The position numbers and the translations under genes are program-made. From Actinomycetota bacterium (GTDB lineage Bacteria > Actinomycetota > CALGFH01): a DNA stretch of 64,000 bases. The DNA is taken from positions 10,734 through 74,733 of the forward strand of contig DATLQA010000233.1 in the NCBI GenBank assembly GCA_035535495.1, written 5' to 3'. Shown here piece by piece: positions 9,185 to 18,809 of this stretch. Under the pieces are notes generated by a model. The model was not told the origin of the DNA. It saw nothing but the letters and a program-made list of their open reading frames with translations, and ran no database searches. The number at the start of each line of letters is the position of its first letter. Positions within the stretch are counted from its first letter, which is position 1.

Positions 9185-9680
9185 GGATGATCCTCCGGTG
9201 GTGACAGGTGAGGCTCGGCGCGACCCCGGCCGCCGCCAACGGCGGCGCGCCGCAGGGTTCGGGCGCGCTACCGCGGAGCGGGAGCGGTCAACGCCGCGTG
9301 GGGCGGGGTCCCTGGAGGATGGGCCCGAGCGGTTCCGGCAGGCTCAGGCGAGCCGCGCGGGACGCTGGGCCCCCGGACACGAGCACCACGGCGCCAGCCC
9401 GGTCGTGCGGGCGGCGCGCTGGCGCGAGGCGTTGTCCCGGAGGTCCATCGGGGGGAGCATCCGCGGTGGGTCGCCTACCTGTCAAGCTCGCTCGCGCCAT
9501 CTGGCCGGCGTGGCCACACGGCGCTGCTCGACCGACACCCGTGGGATCGCGCCGGTGCCTCGCGGACGCGCATTCCTGCGCTCAAAGCGGATACGATCCG
9601 ATCCGGCACCGGAACCGTCGCCCGGGCTGGTGCCTCCCCGTATGCACCCGGGTCGGCACGACGAGAACATCGGGAGCAGG

Positions 9681-10409
9681 ATGATCGACGAGCACGATGC
9701 GGAGCGGGACGGAACGGGGGAGCGGCAGGGGGCGGCCGGGGAGCCGGTGTCCAGCGACACCCCGCCCGCGAGCGAGCTCGTGACCGCTGACGAGCTGGAC
9801 CTGGCGGAGGACGTCGGGCTCGGCGAGGCCGAGCGGGCACTGCTGCGGTGGGCGCTCAGGCAGCGCCAGCGCGCCCCAGGCGAGCCGCTCCTGCCGACCG
9901 GGAACGAGCCGCTCCTGCCGACCGAGGAGCCGACGCCCGACCCGGTGCCGCGGCCGACGCCACCGGCCAGGGCGACACCCACTCCGGCCCCTGAGCCGAG
10001 GCGCGAGGTGGCGCCGATCCCAGCGCCCCGGTCGAAGCCGGTGCGGCTGTGGCCCGAGCCGACCCCCGAGCCGACGGCGGCCCCGGCGCCGGTGCCAAGG
10101 CCCGAGGCGGCTGCCACGAGGGCGGATGACCGGCCCGCCTCTGCGTCGGAGCGGCTCCACAACTCCGCCGAGGAGGCGATCTCCGCCCTGGTCGCCGCGG
10201 GTGGCCCGGACCCACGGGACTACGCGAGCCCGCGCCTGGACCGGCGGGCCAAGATGCTGATCGCGGTCGCGCTGGTGGTGCTGTTGGTGGTCTCGGTCGT
10301 CGGCGGCTTCGTCGGCTACCGCGTGACCCACCGCGCCGCCGGTGCCGGGCCCGAGGCGGTCGGCAGGCCGGCCGGGATCCACGCCGCGCCGGCCAGGCTC
10401 AGCGTGTAG
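9681..10409 (+). CDS. Proline-rich protein with a C-terminal transmembrane anchor (hypothetical)
   Basis: ATG with a GGGAGCAGG Shine-Dalgarno. Pro/Glu-rich region, then a TM helix [22 protein letters not shown]. The upstream part of the 8808..10409 ORF is treated as a GC artefact. Confidence 0.4.
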   Translation: MIDEHDAERDGTGERQGAAGEPVSSDTPPASELVTADELDLAEDVGLGEAERALLRWALRQRQRAPGEPLLPTGNEPLLPTEEPTPDPVPRPTPPARATPTPAPEPRREVAPIPAPRSKPVRLWPEPTPEPTAAPAPVPRPEAAATRADDRPASASERLHNSAEEAISALVAAGGPDPRDYASPRLDRRAKMLIAVALVVLLVVSVVGGFVGYRVTHRAAGAGPEAVGRPAGIHAAPARLSV

Positions 10410-10500
10410 GCTGCCGCGGTCGGCCCCACGGCCACTCGCAACCGGACATGCTGCGCGGTCCCGCCGGCTGGGGCACCCCGAGCAACGGAGGTCTGGACGC

Positions 10501-11373
10501 GTGCGCGTGCTCGTCACCGGAGCCAACGGCCAGGTCGGCCAGGAGCTGCTGGCCGCGTTCGGCGACGCCAAGGAGGTCCACGCGTTCAGCCACGCCGAGC
10601 TGGACGTGGGCAGCTGGCCGGCGGTGGCGTCGACGGTCGCCGAGCTCGAGCCCGACCTGGTCTGCAACGCGGCCGCGTACACCGACGTCGACGGCTGCGA
10701 GGGCGACCCGGACCGGGCCTTCCGCGACAACTGCCTCGCCCCGCGCCACCTCGCCCTTGCCTGCCGCGAGGTCGACGCCGAGCTGGTCCACATCTCCACC
10801 GACTACGTCTTCGAGGGCGGCGCCCGCGCGTCGCGCCCCGACGGCTACGGCGAGTACGACCCGACCGTGCCGGCCAGCGTCTACGGGCGCTCCAAGCTGG
10901 CCGGCGAGCAGGCGATCCGCGACCTCTGGAGCCGCCACTACCTGGTCCGCACCGCCTGGGTGTACGGCGCCGGCCGCAACTTCGTCGGCACCATCCTGCG
11001 GCTGGCGTCCGAGCGCCCCACCCTGCGGGTGGTAGACGACCAGCTCGGCAGCCCCACCTGGTCGCGCGACCTGGCGAGCGGCATCCGGGTGCTGGTCCGC
11101 ACCGGCCAGCACGGCACCTACCACCTCACCGGCGGCGGGTTCTGCTCCTGGTACGAGCTGGCACGCGCCGTGCTGGCCGGCACCGGCCAGGACCCGGACC
11201 GGGTGGAGCCGTGCTCGAGCGACGAGTTCCCCAGGCCGGCGCGGCGGCCCGCCTGGTCGGTGCTGGACAACCGGCTCGCCCGCCTGGTCGGCGTCCCGCC
11301 GCTCCGCCCCTGGCAGCAGGCCCTCCAGGCCTACCTCGAGGAGCGTGCGACACCACCCGTCGCGGTGGGCTGA
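10501..11373 (+). CDS. rmlD: dTDP-4-dehydrorhamnose reductase
   Basis: Rossmann [14 protein letters not shown]. The catalytic YGRSK motif and the STDYVF motif are present. GTG start with an AACGGAGG ribosome-binding site. Confidence 0.85.
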   Translation: MRVLVTGANGQVGQELLAAFGDAKEVHAFSHAELDVGSWPAVASTVAELEPDLVCNAAAYTDVDGCEGDPDRAFRDNCLAPRHLALACREVDAELVHISTDYVFEGGARASRPDGYGEYDPTVPASVYGRSKLAGEQAIRDLWSRHYLVRTAWVYGAGRNFVGTILRLASERPTLRVVDDQLGSPTWSRDLASGIRVLVRTGQHGTYHLTGGGFCSWYELARAVLAGTGQDPDRVEPCSSDEFPRPARRPAWSVLDNRLARLVGVPPLRPWQQALQAYLEERATPPVAVG

Positions 11374-11415
11374 CCGCGCGACCGACCCCGGCGGCCGGGC
11401 CGCTCCCTTGGCCGG

Positions 11416-12222
11416 CTACTCCTGGGGGTCGTCGGTGTGTCTGGCCACCACGTAGACCTCGGCCGGCTGATGCATGGCGTCGGTCAGCGCGCGGTGGGCG
11501 AGCAGGATCCGCCGCGCCGAGTCCTGCGTCTCCGCCAGCCGGTCGGCCACCGTCTTGAGCACGTGGACGAGGTTGTGGGCGAACGCCGGGTCGTGTGCCT
11601 CCCCGGCCGGTCGGCCGCGTTCGTGGTGCTCGAGGCCGCGGCCGAGCTTGGTGAGCGCCTGGCCGATGGCGTCGGCGAGGTCGGGATGCACGGTCGGCTC
11701 GTCAGCGCGCAGCCAGGCCGGCGGGTCCGGGCGGGTCGCCGGGTTGCCGCCGGAATCCTCCACCTGGAAACCCGCCCGCCGGCTCAGGTAGGCGAGCAGC
11801 GAGAGGTCGTAGAGCCGGACCAGGGCCGGGTCGCGCCAGGCGTCAGCGGCCAGCACGGCGTAGGAGGCAGGGTTGGCCACCGACGCCACCAGCCGGCCGC
11901 CGGGAGCGAGCACGCGGCCGACGCCGGCCAGCAGCCGCAGGGCCTCTGGTGCCTGCAGCCGGTCGAGCAGGCGGCCGCAGAACACCGCGCGGTACGGGCC
12001 GGGCGGCGGCTCGGCGTCCAGGTGACCGAACGCCCGCGCCGCCTCCTTGCCGGCCGGCCCTGTCCTGATCCCGCTGGCCTCGACCCCGTCGGCGGCCAGC
12101 AGCTCGACCAGCTCCTGCTGGTCGGGACCGAGCGCGAGCACCGGGCCACGGCCGCGCAGCAGCGGCAGGTAGTGCCGCAGGCGGTCGCTCGCTGGCACGG
12201 CCGGCGGCAGCGCGAGGCTCAC
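11416..12222 (-). CDS. Class I methyltransferase-fold protein with a degenerate SAM-binding motif I. It is a paralogue of the methyltransferase at 24250-25101.
   Basis: Shares NPASYAVL..WRDP..VRLYD and a C-terminal HDP..H.L.HVLK...DRL.ETQ region with the paralogue. It has VLALGPDQQ where the paralogue has VVDLGCGRG. Confidence 0.7.
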   Translation of the reverse strand: MSLALPPAVPASDRLRHYLPLLRGRGPVLALGPDQQELVELLAADGVEASGIRTGPAGKEAARAFGHLDAEPPPGPYRAVFCGRLLDRLQAPEALRLLAGVGRVLAPGGRLVASVANPASYAVLAADAWRDPALVRLYDLSLLAYLSRRAGFQVEDSGGNPATRPDPPAWLRADEPTVHPDLADAIGQALTKLGRGLEHHERGRPAGEAHDPAFAHNLVHVLKTVADRLAETQDSARRILLAHRALTDAMHQPAEVYVVARHTDDPQE

Positions 12223-12246
12223 GGGCGTGTCCTGTCCGAGGTCGTG

Positions 12247-12900
12247 CTACTGCCAGTGCTCGATGGTCCTGACCGGCTTGGCCGGGACGCCCGCGACGAG
12301 GGTGGAGGGGGGGACGTCGCGGGTGACGACCGACCCGGCGGCAACGACGGCGCCGTCACCGATGGTCACCCCCTTGAGCACGAGCGCGTTGGTCCCGACC
12401 CAGACACGGTCGCCGATCACGATCGGCGCGGTGTGGGGCTGTGGCAGCCCGTCCACGTAGACGGCGTGGAAGTCGGTGTCCAGGATCTGCACGTTCCAGG
12501 AGATGTTGCAACCCGAACCAATGGTCACGCCGCTGGCGACCAGGATCTTGGTGAAGCCGTTGACCATCGTCTGGTGGCCGATCTCGAGCTGGCCGGCGTC
12601 GACCACGATCCGGGAGCCGCGGTGCAGGTTGACCTGCCCGTCGACCACGAACTGGGCGCCGGGGCGGATCCGGATCACGGTCTCGTCCCTGACGGTGGTC
12701 AGGCCGAAGCTGCCGATGCCGATGCGCAGGTGCCCGTTGTTGCGGAACACCAGCCGGCTGGGGTCGTCGATCACGGTGGCGGACCCGATCGACACCGGCA
12801 GGCGGTGGCGCAGCTCGTAGCGGAGCCGCCCCCGCCAGGCGGCCACGGGCGACACCTCCTGCTCCCGCCAAAGCTGCCGGTCGATCGCCTCTCGGAACAT
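12247..12900 (-). CDS. Hexapeptide-repeat (left-handed beta-helix) O-acetyltransferase, of the WbbJ / maltose O-acetyltransferase type
   Basis: Repeated [LIV]G-x4 hexapeptides and a C-terminal VGTNALVLKGVTIGDGAVVAAGSVVTRDVP. Start ATG (revcomp at 12898-12900) with an AAAGAGGAG ribosome-binding site. Confidence 0.8.
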   Translation of the reverse strand: MFREAIDRQLWREQEVSPVAAWRGRLRYELRHRLPVSIGSATVIDDPSRLVFRNNGHLRIGIGSFGLTTVRDETVIRIRPGAQFVVDGQVNLHRGSRIVVDAGQLEIGHQTMVNGFTKILVASGVTIGSGCNISWNVQILDTDFHAVYVDGLPQPHTAPIVIGDRVWVGTNALVLKGVTIGDGAVVAAGSVVTRDVPPSTLVAGVPAKPVRTIEHWQ

Positions 12901-13095
12901 TCCTCGCTCGCTCCTCTTTCGATGGTCCCGAGGGTCGACGCAGCGGAGCGGCGACCCCCGGCGACAAGATCCCCGGGACCTTCTCACTTCCGCGCCCTGT
13001 AGGACAAAGCGCCGCGAAGCCCCGGGCCCGGCCGGTGTCCACAGCCTTCCCATTCGTCGGGGTCGGCACCTGGAAGCACGTATACTCCCCGCCTC

Positions 13096-15171
13096 ATGGC
13101 GGTCGGAGAGGTTCGTGACATCGACGCCGTGCCGGGCACGACCGGCGAGGCCCAAGCGGAACGCAGGGAGGCGCCCGCGCCCCTGTACGCGGCCGAGGTC
13201 GCCGTCGGCGGGGCCGCGCTCGCGCTCGCCCTGCTCGCCTGGGCCGGCCTCGCGCTCGCCCACGCCCGCCACTACAGCCTCGCCGCCGCCGCCGGCCTCA
13301 CCCTGGTGGCGCTGGCCGTGGTCGTCCTGCTCGCCCGGGCCGGCGCGTCACGGCGTCCCGGTGGCCGCCCGCGGCTGGCGCTCGACCCGCCCGGGCTGGT
13401 CATGGTGGGCGTGCTCGCGCTGATCACCGCGGTCCTGCTCTTCCCCGGCTTCCCCTACGGCGTCGGCGACAAGGACCCTGGCGGCTACGTGTCGCAGGGC
13501 ATCCTCATGGCCCGCACCGGCGACTGGGCGATGAACGACCCGGTGCTCGACAAGGCCCGCATCCCCAGGGTCGCGCTCGCCTCGCCCGGCGCGCGGCTGC
13601 CCGGCCAGTGGATCGAGCACGCCCAGGTCCCGCGCCGCACCATCCCGCAGTTCTACCACCTCTGGTCCGCCGCTCTGGCCAGCGCGTTCGCCGCCGGCGG
13701 CTACACCGGCCTGGCGAACCTCAACCCGCTCTGCGGGGTGCTCGCGGCCTGCCTCGCCGCCCTCGCCGTCCGCAGGGTGTTCGGGCTGGTCGCCGGCTCG
13801 CTGGCCGGCCTGCTGCTGGCCGCCAACATGCTCGAGGTCTGGCAGGCCAAGTACCTGACCAGTGAGGTGTTCACCCAGGTCCTGGTGCTCGGGTCGATCC
13901 TCGGGGTGGTGCTCGCCCTGCGGACCGGGTGGCGCCTGCCCGCCGGCGTGGCCGGGCTGCTGCTCGGGCTCGGCTTCCTCGCCAGGGCCGACGGCCTGGT
14001 CCTGATCCTGATCGCGGTGGGGATCGGCTGCGTGCTGATCGCCACCGGCCGTTTCGACGCCCGCGCCGGCTGGTTCGCCGCCGGCCTCACGCTCACCCTG
14101 CCCCACGGCTTCCTGCAGGCCTACCACTTCGCCAGGCTCTACACCATCTCGGTGAAGCTGCCGGGGGCGACCACGGTGCTCGTGGCCATGGCGGTGCCGC
14201 TCGCCCTGGCGCTCGCGCTGCGCCGCTTCGCCCGGCCGCTGGGGGAGTGGGTGGCCCGCCTGATCGCCGAGCCGCGCGTCCAGCTCCTGGCCGGCGCGGC
14301 CATCGTCGGCCTGGCCGTGCTGCTGCTGGCGGTCGGGTTCCTGCGCCCAAGGCTCTTCGGGATCGACTACTTCAACTACAACGGCCGGGTCATCCGCAGC
14401 TACGACGAGCAGGCCCTCCGCCGCCTGTCCTGGTTCTTCACCCTGCCCGGGTTCGCGCTGATGGTGGCCGGGCTGGCCTACCTCGCCCTGCGCCGCTGGT
14501 CGGCGGCCGCCTGGGCGCTGGTCCTTCCCGGGTTGCTGCTGTTCCCGCTGTACGCCTACGAGGCGCAGAACTCGAGCCGGCTGATGTGGTGGAACCGCCG
14601 CTTCGTGCCGGTGGTGGTGCCGGCGGTGATCATCCTGATCGCGGTGGCCCTGGCCGTCGCCGTGGCCTGGACGGGACGCTGGCGCTGGCCCGTGCGCCTG
14701 GCCGGGCTGGCCGCCACCGGCGCGCTGCTGGCGGTGTTCCTCGGCCAGTCCCTGCCGCTCCGCCACCACCACGAGTTCGCCGGGTCGTTCGAGATCAGCC
14801 AGCGCGTCAGCCGCCTCGCCGGCGACCGCCAGGGCGTGTACCTGTGGCAGTCCCCGGGCGGGCGGCCGGTCTCGGCGACCTCGCTGTTCGCCTCGCCGTT
14901 GTGGCTGCAGGAGGGCGAGATCAGCGCGCTGCTGCCGAGGCGGCCCGACCCCGGCTACGTGCGCTCGTTCGTGCGCGGGTTCCCCGGGCAGCCGGTGTTC
15001 GTGGTGAGCGCGGGCGGCCGGGCCCTCGCCGGCTACGAGCGCGTCGGCCTCCGCCCGGTCGACCGGGTCCGCGCGACCCTGCCGTTCTGGGCCGAGAGCG
15101 ACACCAGCCGGCCGTCCAGGGCCGGCGCGGTCCCGGTCGACTTCACCGTCTGGCGGGTCGCCGGCACGTAG
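13096..15171 (+). CDS. GT-C-fold polytopic membrane glycosyltransferase (putative; probably uses a polyprenol-phosphate-sugar donor). Paralogue 1, 691 aa.
   Basis: About 14 TM helices. The first extracytoplasmic loop carries FPGFPYGVGDKDPGGYV. Conserved MWWNRRFVP and DYFNYNGRVIRSYDEQ blocks are shared with the paralogue at 25299-27374. Confidence 0.7.
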   Translation: MAVGEVRDIDAVPGTTGEAQAERREAPAPLYAAEVAVGGAALALALLAWAGLALAHARHYSLAAAAGLTLVALAVVVLLARAGASRRPGGRPRLALDPPGLVMVGVLALITAVLLFPGFPYGVGDKDPGGYVSQGILMARTGDWAMNDPVLDKARIPRVALASPGARLPGQWIEHAQVPRRTIPQFYHLWSAALASAFAAGGYTGLANLNPLCGVLAACLAALAVRRVFGLVAGSLAGLLLAANMLEVWQAKYLTSEVFTQVLVLGSILGVVLALRTGWRLPAGVAGLLLGLGFLARADGLVLILIAVGIGCVLIATGRFDARAGWFAAGLTLTLPHGFLQAYHFARLYTISVKLPGATTVLVAMAVPLALALALRRFARPLGEWVARLIAEPRVQLLAGAAIVGLAVLLLAVGFLRPRLFGIDYFNYNGRVIRSYDEQALRRLSWFFTLPGFALMVAGLAYLALRRWSAAAWALVLPGLLLFPLYAYEAQNSSRLMWWNRRFVPVVVPAVIILIAVALAVAVAWTGRWRWPVRLAGLAATGALLAVFLGQSLPLRHHHEFAGSFEISQRVSRLAGDRQGVYLWQSPGGRPVSATSLFASPLWLQEGEISALLPRRPDPGYVRSFVRGFPGQPVFVVSAGGRALAGYERVGLRPVDRVRATLPFWAESDTSRPSRAGAVPVDFTVWRVAGT

Positions 15172-15200
15172 CCTGCCCGGCGGACGGTGGCGCCACCGCG

Positions 15201-15548
15201 CTAGTGCCCGGCGCGGGTGCAGGCGTCCCTGGCGCGGGTGTAGCTCGGGCCGTCGACCACGCCGTGCGCGGCGAGCCGGGCGGCCTCCGCGCACGCCGGG
15301 CTCTCGACCGGACGGGGCGGGGTCGGGTCGTCGGCGAAGTACCTGACGGCGAGCTGCGCGAAGATCCAGAACAGCGCGCCGACCATGAGCACGCTGACGA
15401 TCCGCGGCCGGGCCACCTTGGTGCCCGCAGCCTCGTGCGCCCACAGCGGCAGCCGCCGCTTGGCGTGATCCCATTGCGGCCCCCCCGGCCGGAGGATCAG
15501 GACCAGCAGCAGGACGATCGCGATGAAGCCGAGGGTCCCAGAGTCCAT
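15201..15548 (-). CDS. Small two-TM membrane protein (hypothetical)
   Basis: 115-aa ORF with two hydrophobic helices. Convergent with the GT-C gene and divergent from the SpoIID gene. Confidence 0.35.
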   Translation of the reverse strand: MDSGTLGFIAIVLLLVLILRPGGPQWDHAKRRLPLWAHEAAGTKVARPRIVSVLMVGALFWIFAQLAVRYFADDPTPPRPVESPACAEAARLAAHGVVDGPSYTRARDACTRAGH

Positions 15549-15820
15549 GGTTCAGGCTCGCGCCAGGTTCGCCTGATGTCAACCAGTTCGCGCGGTTCGT
15601 GAGCGCTGTCGGCCGTGGCCGGGGGGAGCGGCTCGGCGCCTCGACTCCGACCGCACCGGCCGCCGGGCGGAGCGAGTTCAACCGCCTCAAGACCGGCCCC
15701 TGACCGCCGGCCGGAGCCGGCATCCCCGGCCCCGGCCTGAGACGCGGTGTTCAAGTCACCCCTTCCGGACGCCGACCCTCCAGCTTGTTCACGACCAAGC
15801 TGTCGGGGAGGTCCGGTTCC

Positions 15821-17215
15821 ATGCCCCGCCGTTCGCGCTGGCCTGCCCACATCCTGCTGCTGGCGACCGTCGCCGCCCTGCTGGGCGGGCCCACCGCGGT
15901 CAGGCCCGCCGCGCTCGCCGCTGACCCGTCCGCATCCGATCCGTTCGCCCCGGCGCCGGGCCGGCGGCCGGCCGCCCAGGCACCGGCACGGGCGCCGGCC
16001 GCGGCGCCGGCAGCCTTCCGCATCAGCGGCGGCGGCTACGGCCACGGGGTCGGGATGGGCCAGTACGGCGCCTACGGCATGGCGCTGCGCGGCCGGTCCG
16101 CCGCCGCGATCGTCGGCTTCTACTACGGTGGCGCGGCGGCGCGGAGGGTGGCGCTGCCGGCCGCCATCCGGGTCGGCGTCCTGCAGGCGCCCCGCGACCC
16201 CAGCACCGGCGGGCGGCTGACCAGGGTCCTGGTCCGCGGCCTGCGCCTCCCCGGCCACCGCTCCACCGGCACGATCGCCGCCGGCGGGATCGGCAAGCGG
16301 CACCAGGCCATGGCGAAGGGCCTGCCAGCCAACGTCACCTACGCCGTCCGGCCCGACCGCGGCGGGGTCTCGGTGTTCGCCGGGTCCAAGCGGGTGTTCG
16401 GGCCGACCTTGGCTGGCACCGGGGTCCGCATCCGCTACCAGGAGGGCATGCGCCTGCCGGCCCTGCTGTCGATGCCGCAGGCCGGTCGGACGCTGCGCTG
16501 GGGCCGGCTGGAGGTCAGCCTGGTCCGCGAGCGGAGCGCCTTCCGGCTCCGCGCGGTCGTGGTGATGGCGTTCAACACCTACCTCCGCGGTCTGGCCGAG
16601 ATGCCGAGCTCATGGCCGGCCAAGGCGCTCCAGGCACAGGCCATCGCCGGGCGCAGCTACGCCCTGGCCACGGTCCGCAAGGCCGGCCAGCACCGCGCCA
16701 GGTCCCGCTGGGACGGCTGCGACTGCGGCGTCTACGCCAGCGTCCGCGACCAGAACTGGATCGGCTGGTCCAAGGAGGCCGGCCCGTCCGGCGGCCGCTG
16801 GGTGGCGGCGGTGCGGGCCACCGGCTCGCTGGCGGTGGTCTGGCGGGGCCGGCTGGTGCAGGCGTTCTACTCGTCCTCGTCCGGCGGCCACACCGCCGCG
16901 GCCACCACCTGGGGCGGGCCGAGCCTGCCCTGGCTGCCCGCCCGCGCCGACCCGGACGACGCCGTCCGCGGCCACAACCCGAACCACCGCTGGACCGTCG
17001 TCCGTTCGGCCGCGAACGTCTCGGCCGCCCTCCGCCGCTACCACGTCGGCACGGTCGTCGGCCTCCGGGTGAGCCTGGCCGACGGCTCCGGACGCGCCCG
17101 CTCCGTCCAGGTCCGCGGGACGGCCCGGAGCGTGACCCTCGCCGGCGGCACCTTCCGCAGCCTGCTCCGGCTCAAGTCCACCAGATTCCGGATCGCCCCC
17201 GTGGCCACCGGCTGA
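15821..17215 (+). CDS. SpoIID/LytB domain protein (peptidoglycan hydrolase / amidase enhancer family)
   Basis: Signal peptide plus the SpoIID signature GYGHGVGMGQYGAYGMA. The start is taken at the internal ATG before the signal peptide. Confidence 0.8.
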   Translation: MPRRSRWPAHILLLATVAALLGGPTAVRPAALAADPSASDPFAPAPGRRPAAQAPARAPAAAPAAFRISGGGYGHGVGMGQYGAYGMALRGRSAAAIVGFYYGGAAARRVALPAAIRVGVLQAPRDPSTGGRLTRVLVRGLRLPGHRSTGTIAAGGIGKRHQAMAKGLPANVTYAVRPDRGGVSVFAGSKRVFGPTLAGTGVRIRYQEGMRLPALLSMPQAGRTLRWGRLEVSLVRERSAFRLRAVVVMAFNTYLRGLAEMPSSWPAKALQAQAIAGRSYALATVRKAGQHRARSRWDGCDCGVYASVRDQNWIGWSKEAGPSGGRWVAAVRATGSLAVVWRGRLVQAFYSSSSGGHTAAATTWGGPSLPWLPARADPDDAVRGHNPNHRWTVVRSAANVSAALRRYHVGTVVGLRVSLADGSGRARSVQVRGTARSVTLAGGTFRSLLRLKSTRFRIAPVATG

Positions 17216-17267
17216 CCCTACCGCTCTGGTCCACCGGCCGCCCGCACCGACATGGAGGTCCTGCCCG

Positions 17268-18785
17268 TTGCCCCGGTCACCGCTCACGCTGCTCCGCCGC
17301 CTCGCTACGGCCGGCCTCGCGTTGTCACTCGCGGTCGCGATCGTGGCCGACCTCGGCCCGCCGCGGCCGTCCGCCCCCCGGCCCGGTCCCGGCACCGTCA
17401 AGGACGTGCCCCTGTCGTTCGCCACCGGGTCGGTCGCCGGCCGCCTCGGCGGCGTCGAGCCGGCCCGCCTTCAGGCCACCGCCGGCCAGCGCGGCAGCTG
17501 GACCTCCGCGCCGGTCCCGCTCAACGGCGCCCGCATGGTCGGCCTCTCCTGGCGCAACACGCCGCACGGGCCCTGGACCGTGATCGACGGTGCCGGCGTG
17601 TGGCTGCGGACCAGCACCGCGAGCGGATGGTCGGGCTGGAGCGCGGCGGAGCCGGCCGACGACGGCCCCGACCCTGGCAGCGCCGAGGACCACCAGCAGC
17701 GGGTCTTCTCCGACGCGGTCTGGCTGCCTGCCGACACCAACGCGGTGCAGGTCAGGGTGGACCTGCCCGGGTACCACACCGCCAGCGTGGAACGCCTCAA
17801 CGCCCACCTGGTCTCCCCTGACCCGTCCCCGCTCGTGCCAGACCAGCCGCCACGGGGCGCGGCGGTCGCGGCGACCGCCAAGCCCGCGATCATCTCGCGC
17901 GCCCGCTGGGGTGCTGACGAGCGCCTGCGCGGCGGCCCGCCCAGCTACGCCGACACCGTGAAGGCCGCGTTCGTCCACCACACCGCGCAGAGCAACCGCT
18001 ACAGCAAGCGCGAGAGCGCCGCCCTGGTCAGGGCCGACTACCTCTACCACGTGCGCACCAGGGGCTGGAACGACATCGGCTACAACTTCCTCATCGACCG
18101 CTTCGGCCAGGTCTTCGAGGGCCGCGCCGGCGGGGTCGACCGTCCGGTGATCGGGGCGTGCACGGCCGGGTTCAACACCCGCACCAGCTGCGTGGCGCTG
18201 CTGGGCACGTTCAGCACCAGCAGGCCGCCGGCGACGAGCATGGCGGCGCTGCGTCGGCTGCTCGCCTGGAAGCTCGACCTCACCCACGTCGACCCGGCCT
18301 ACACCACCGTGCTGACCAGCGCCGGCGGGTCCACCAGCCGCTACCGCCGCGGCACCAGGGTGCGCCTGCGGACCATCAGCGGGCACCGCGACACCTCGTT
18401 CACCAGCTGCCCGGGGGCCAGGGTCTACTCCAGCATCACCGGCCTCCGGGTGGCGGTCGCCGCCCTCGGCGGGCCGAAGATCTACGGCGGCGCGACCAGC
18501 GCGGCGACTGTCAACCCTGGCACCACCCGGGTCGGGCTCCCGCTCAGGTTCAACCGGACGGTGCGCTGGTGGGTCAAGGTCGCCGCGGCCGACGGGCGCG
18601 TCATGCGGCGCTGGGCCGGCATCAGCCGCGCCACCCGGATCGTCTGGGACGGCCGCGACGCCCACGGCCAGGCCGCCGTCGCCGGCCGCGCCACCTTCAC
18701 CGCCACCGCCATGGTAGGTGGCCGGCGCGCCCGGCCCCTGACCGCCTCGGTGCTGGTCGGGGGGGCGACCACGACCCAGGAGTAG
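17268..18785 (+). CDS. Secreted N-acetylmuramoyl-L-alanine amidase (Amidase_2 / PGRP domain) with an N-terminal extension
   Basis: Signal peptide. Amidase_2 core: ISRARWGADE, FVHHTA, GWNDIGYNFLIDRFGQVFEGR, CTAGFN. Confidence 0.8.
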   Translation: MPRSPLTLLRRLATAGLALSLAVAIVADLGPPRPSAPRPGPGTVKDVPLSFATGSVAGRLGGVEPARLQATAGQRGSWTSAPVPLNGARMVGLSWRNTPHGPWTVIDGAGVWLRTSTASGWSGWSAAEPADDGPDPGSAEDHQQRVFSDAVWLPADTNAVQVRVDLPGYHTASVERLNAHLVSPDPSPLVPDQPPRGAAVAATAKPAIISRARWGADERLRGGPPSYADTVKAAFVHHTAQSNRYSKRESAALVRADYLYHVRTRGWNDIGYNFLIDRFGQVFEGRAGGVDRPVIGACTAGFNTRTSCVALLGTFSTSRPPATSMAALRRLLAWKLDLTHVDPAYTTVLTSAGGSTSRYRRGTRVRLRTISGHRDTSFTSCPGARVYSSITGLRVAVAALGGPKIYGGATSAATVNPGTTRVGLPLRFNRTVRWWVKVAAADGRVMRRWAGISRATRIVWDGRDAHGQAAVAGRATFTATAMVGGRRARPLTASVLVGGATTTQE

Positions 18786-18809
18786 ACGGCCAGGTGAGCG
18801 CCCCGCCCG

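Noticed and set aside
8808-9680. Upstream portion of ORF 8808..10409 and ORF 9208..9684
   Set aside because: It overlaps the cysteine dioxygenase gene in antisense and has artefact-like composition. Only the segment from the ATG at 9681 has a ribosome-binding site and a sensible domain layout (Pro-rich plus TM helix).
13348-15723. 791-aa minus-strand ORF antisense to GT-C paralogue 1. Similar giant ORFs include 25098..28430, 25400..30076, 27407..31210 (5' part), 20825..22438, 22571..24394, 31006..32985, 32336..33679, 33766..35007, 46641..48869 and 47861..50263.
   Set aside because: These are antisense or alternative-frame artefacts of GC bias. They have low-complexity R/G/P/A/D composition, no domains, and overlap strongly supported genes.
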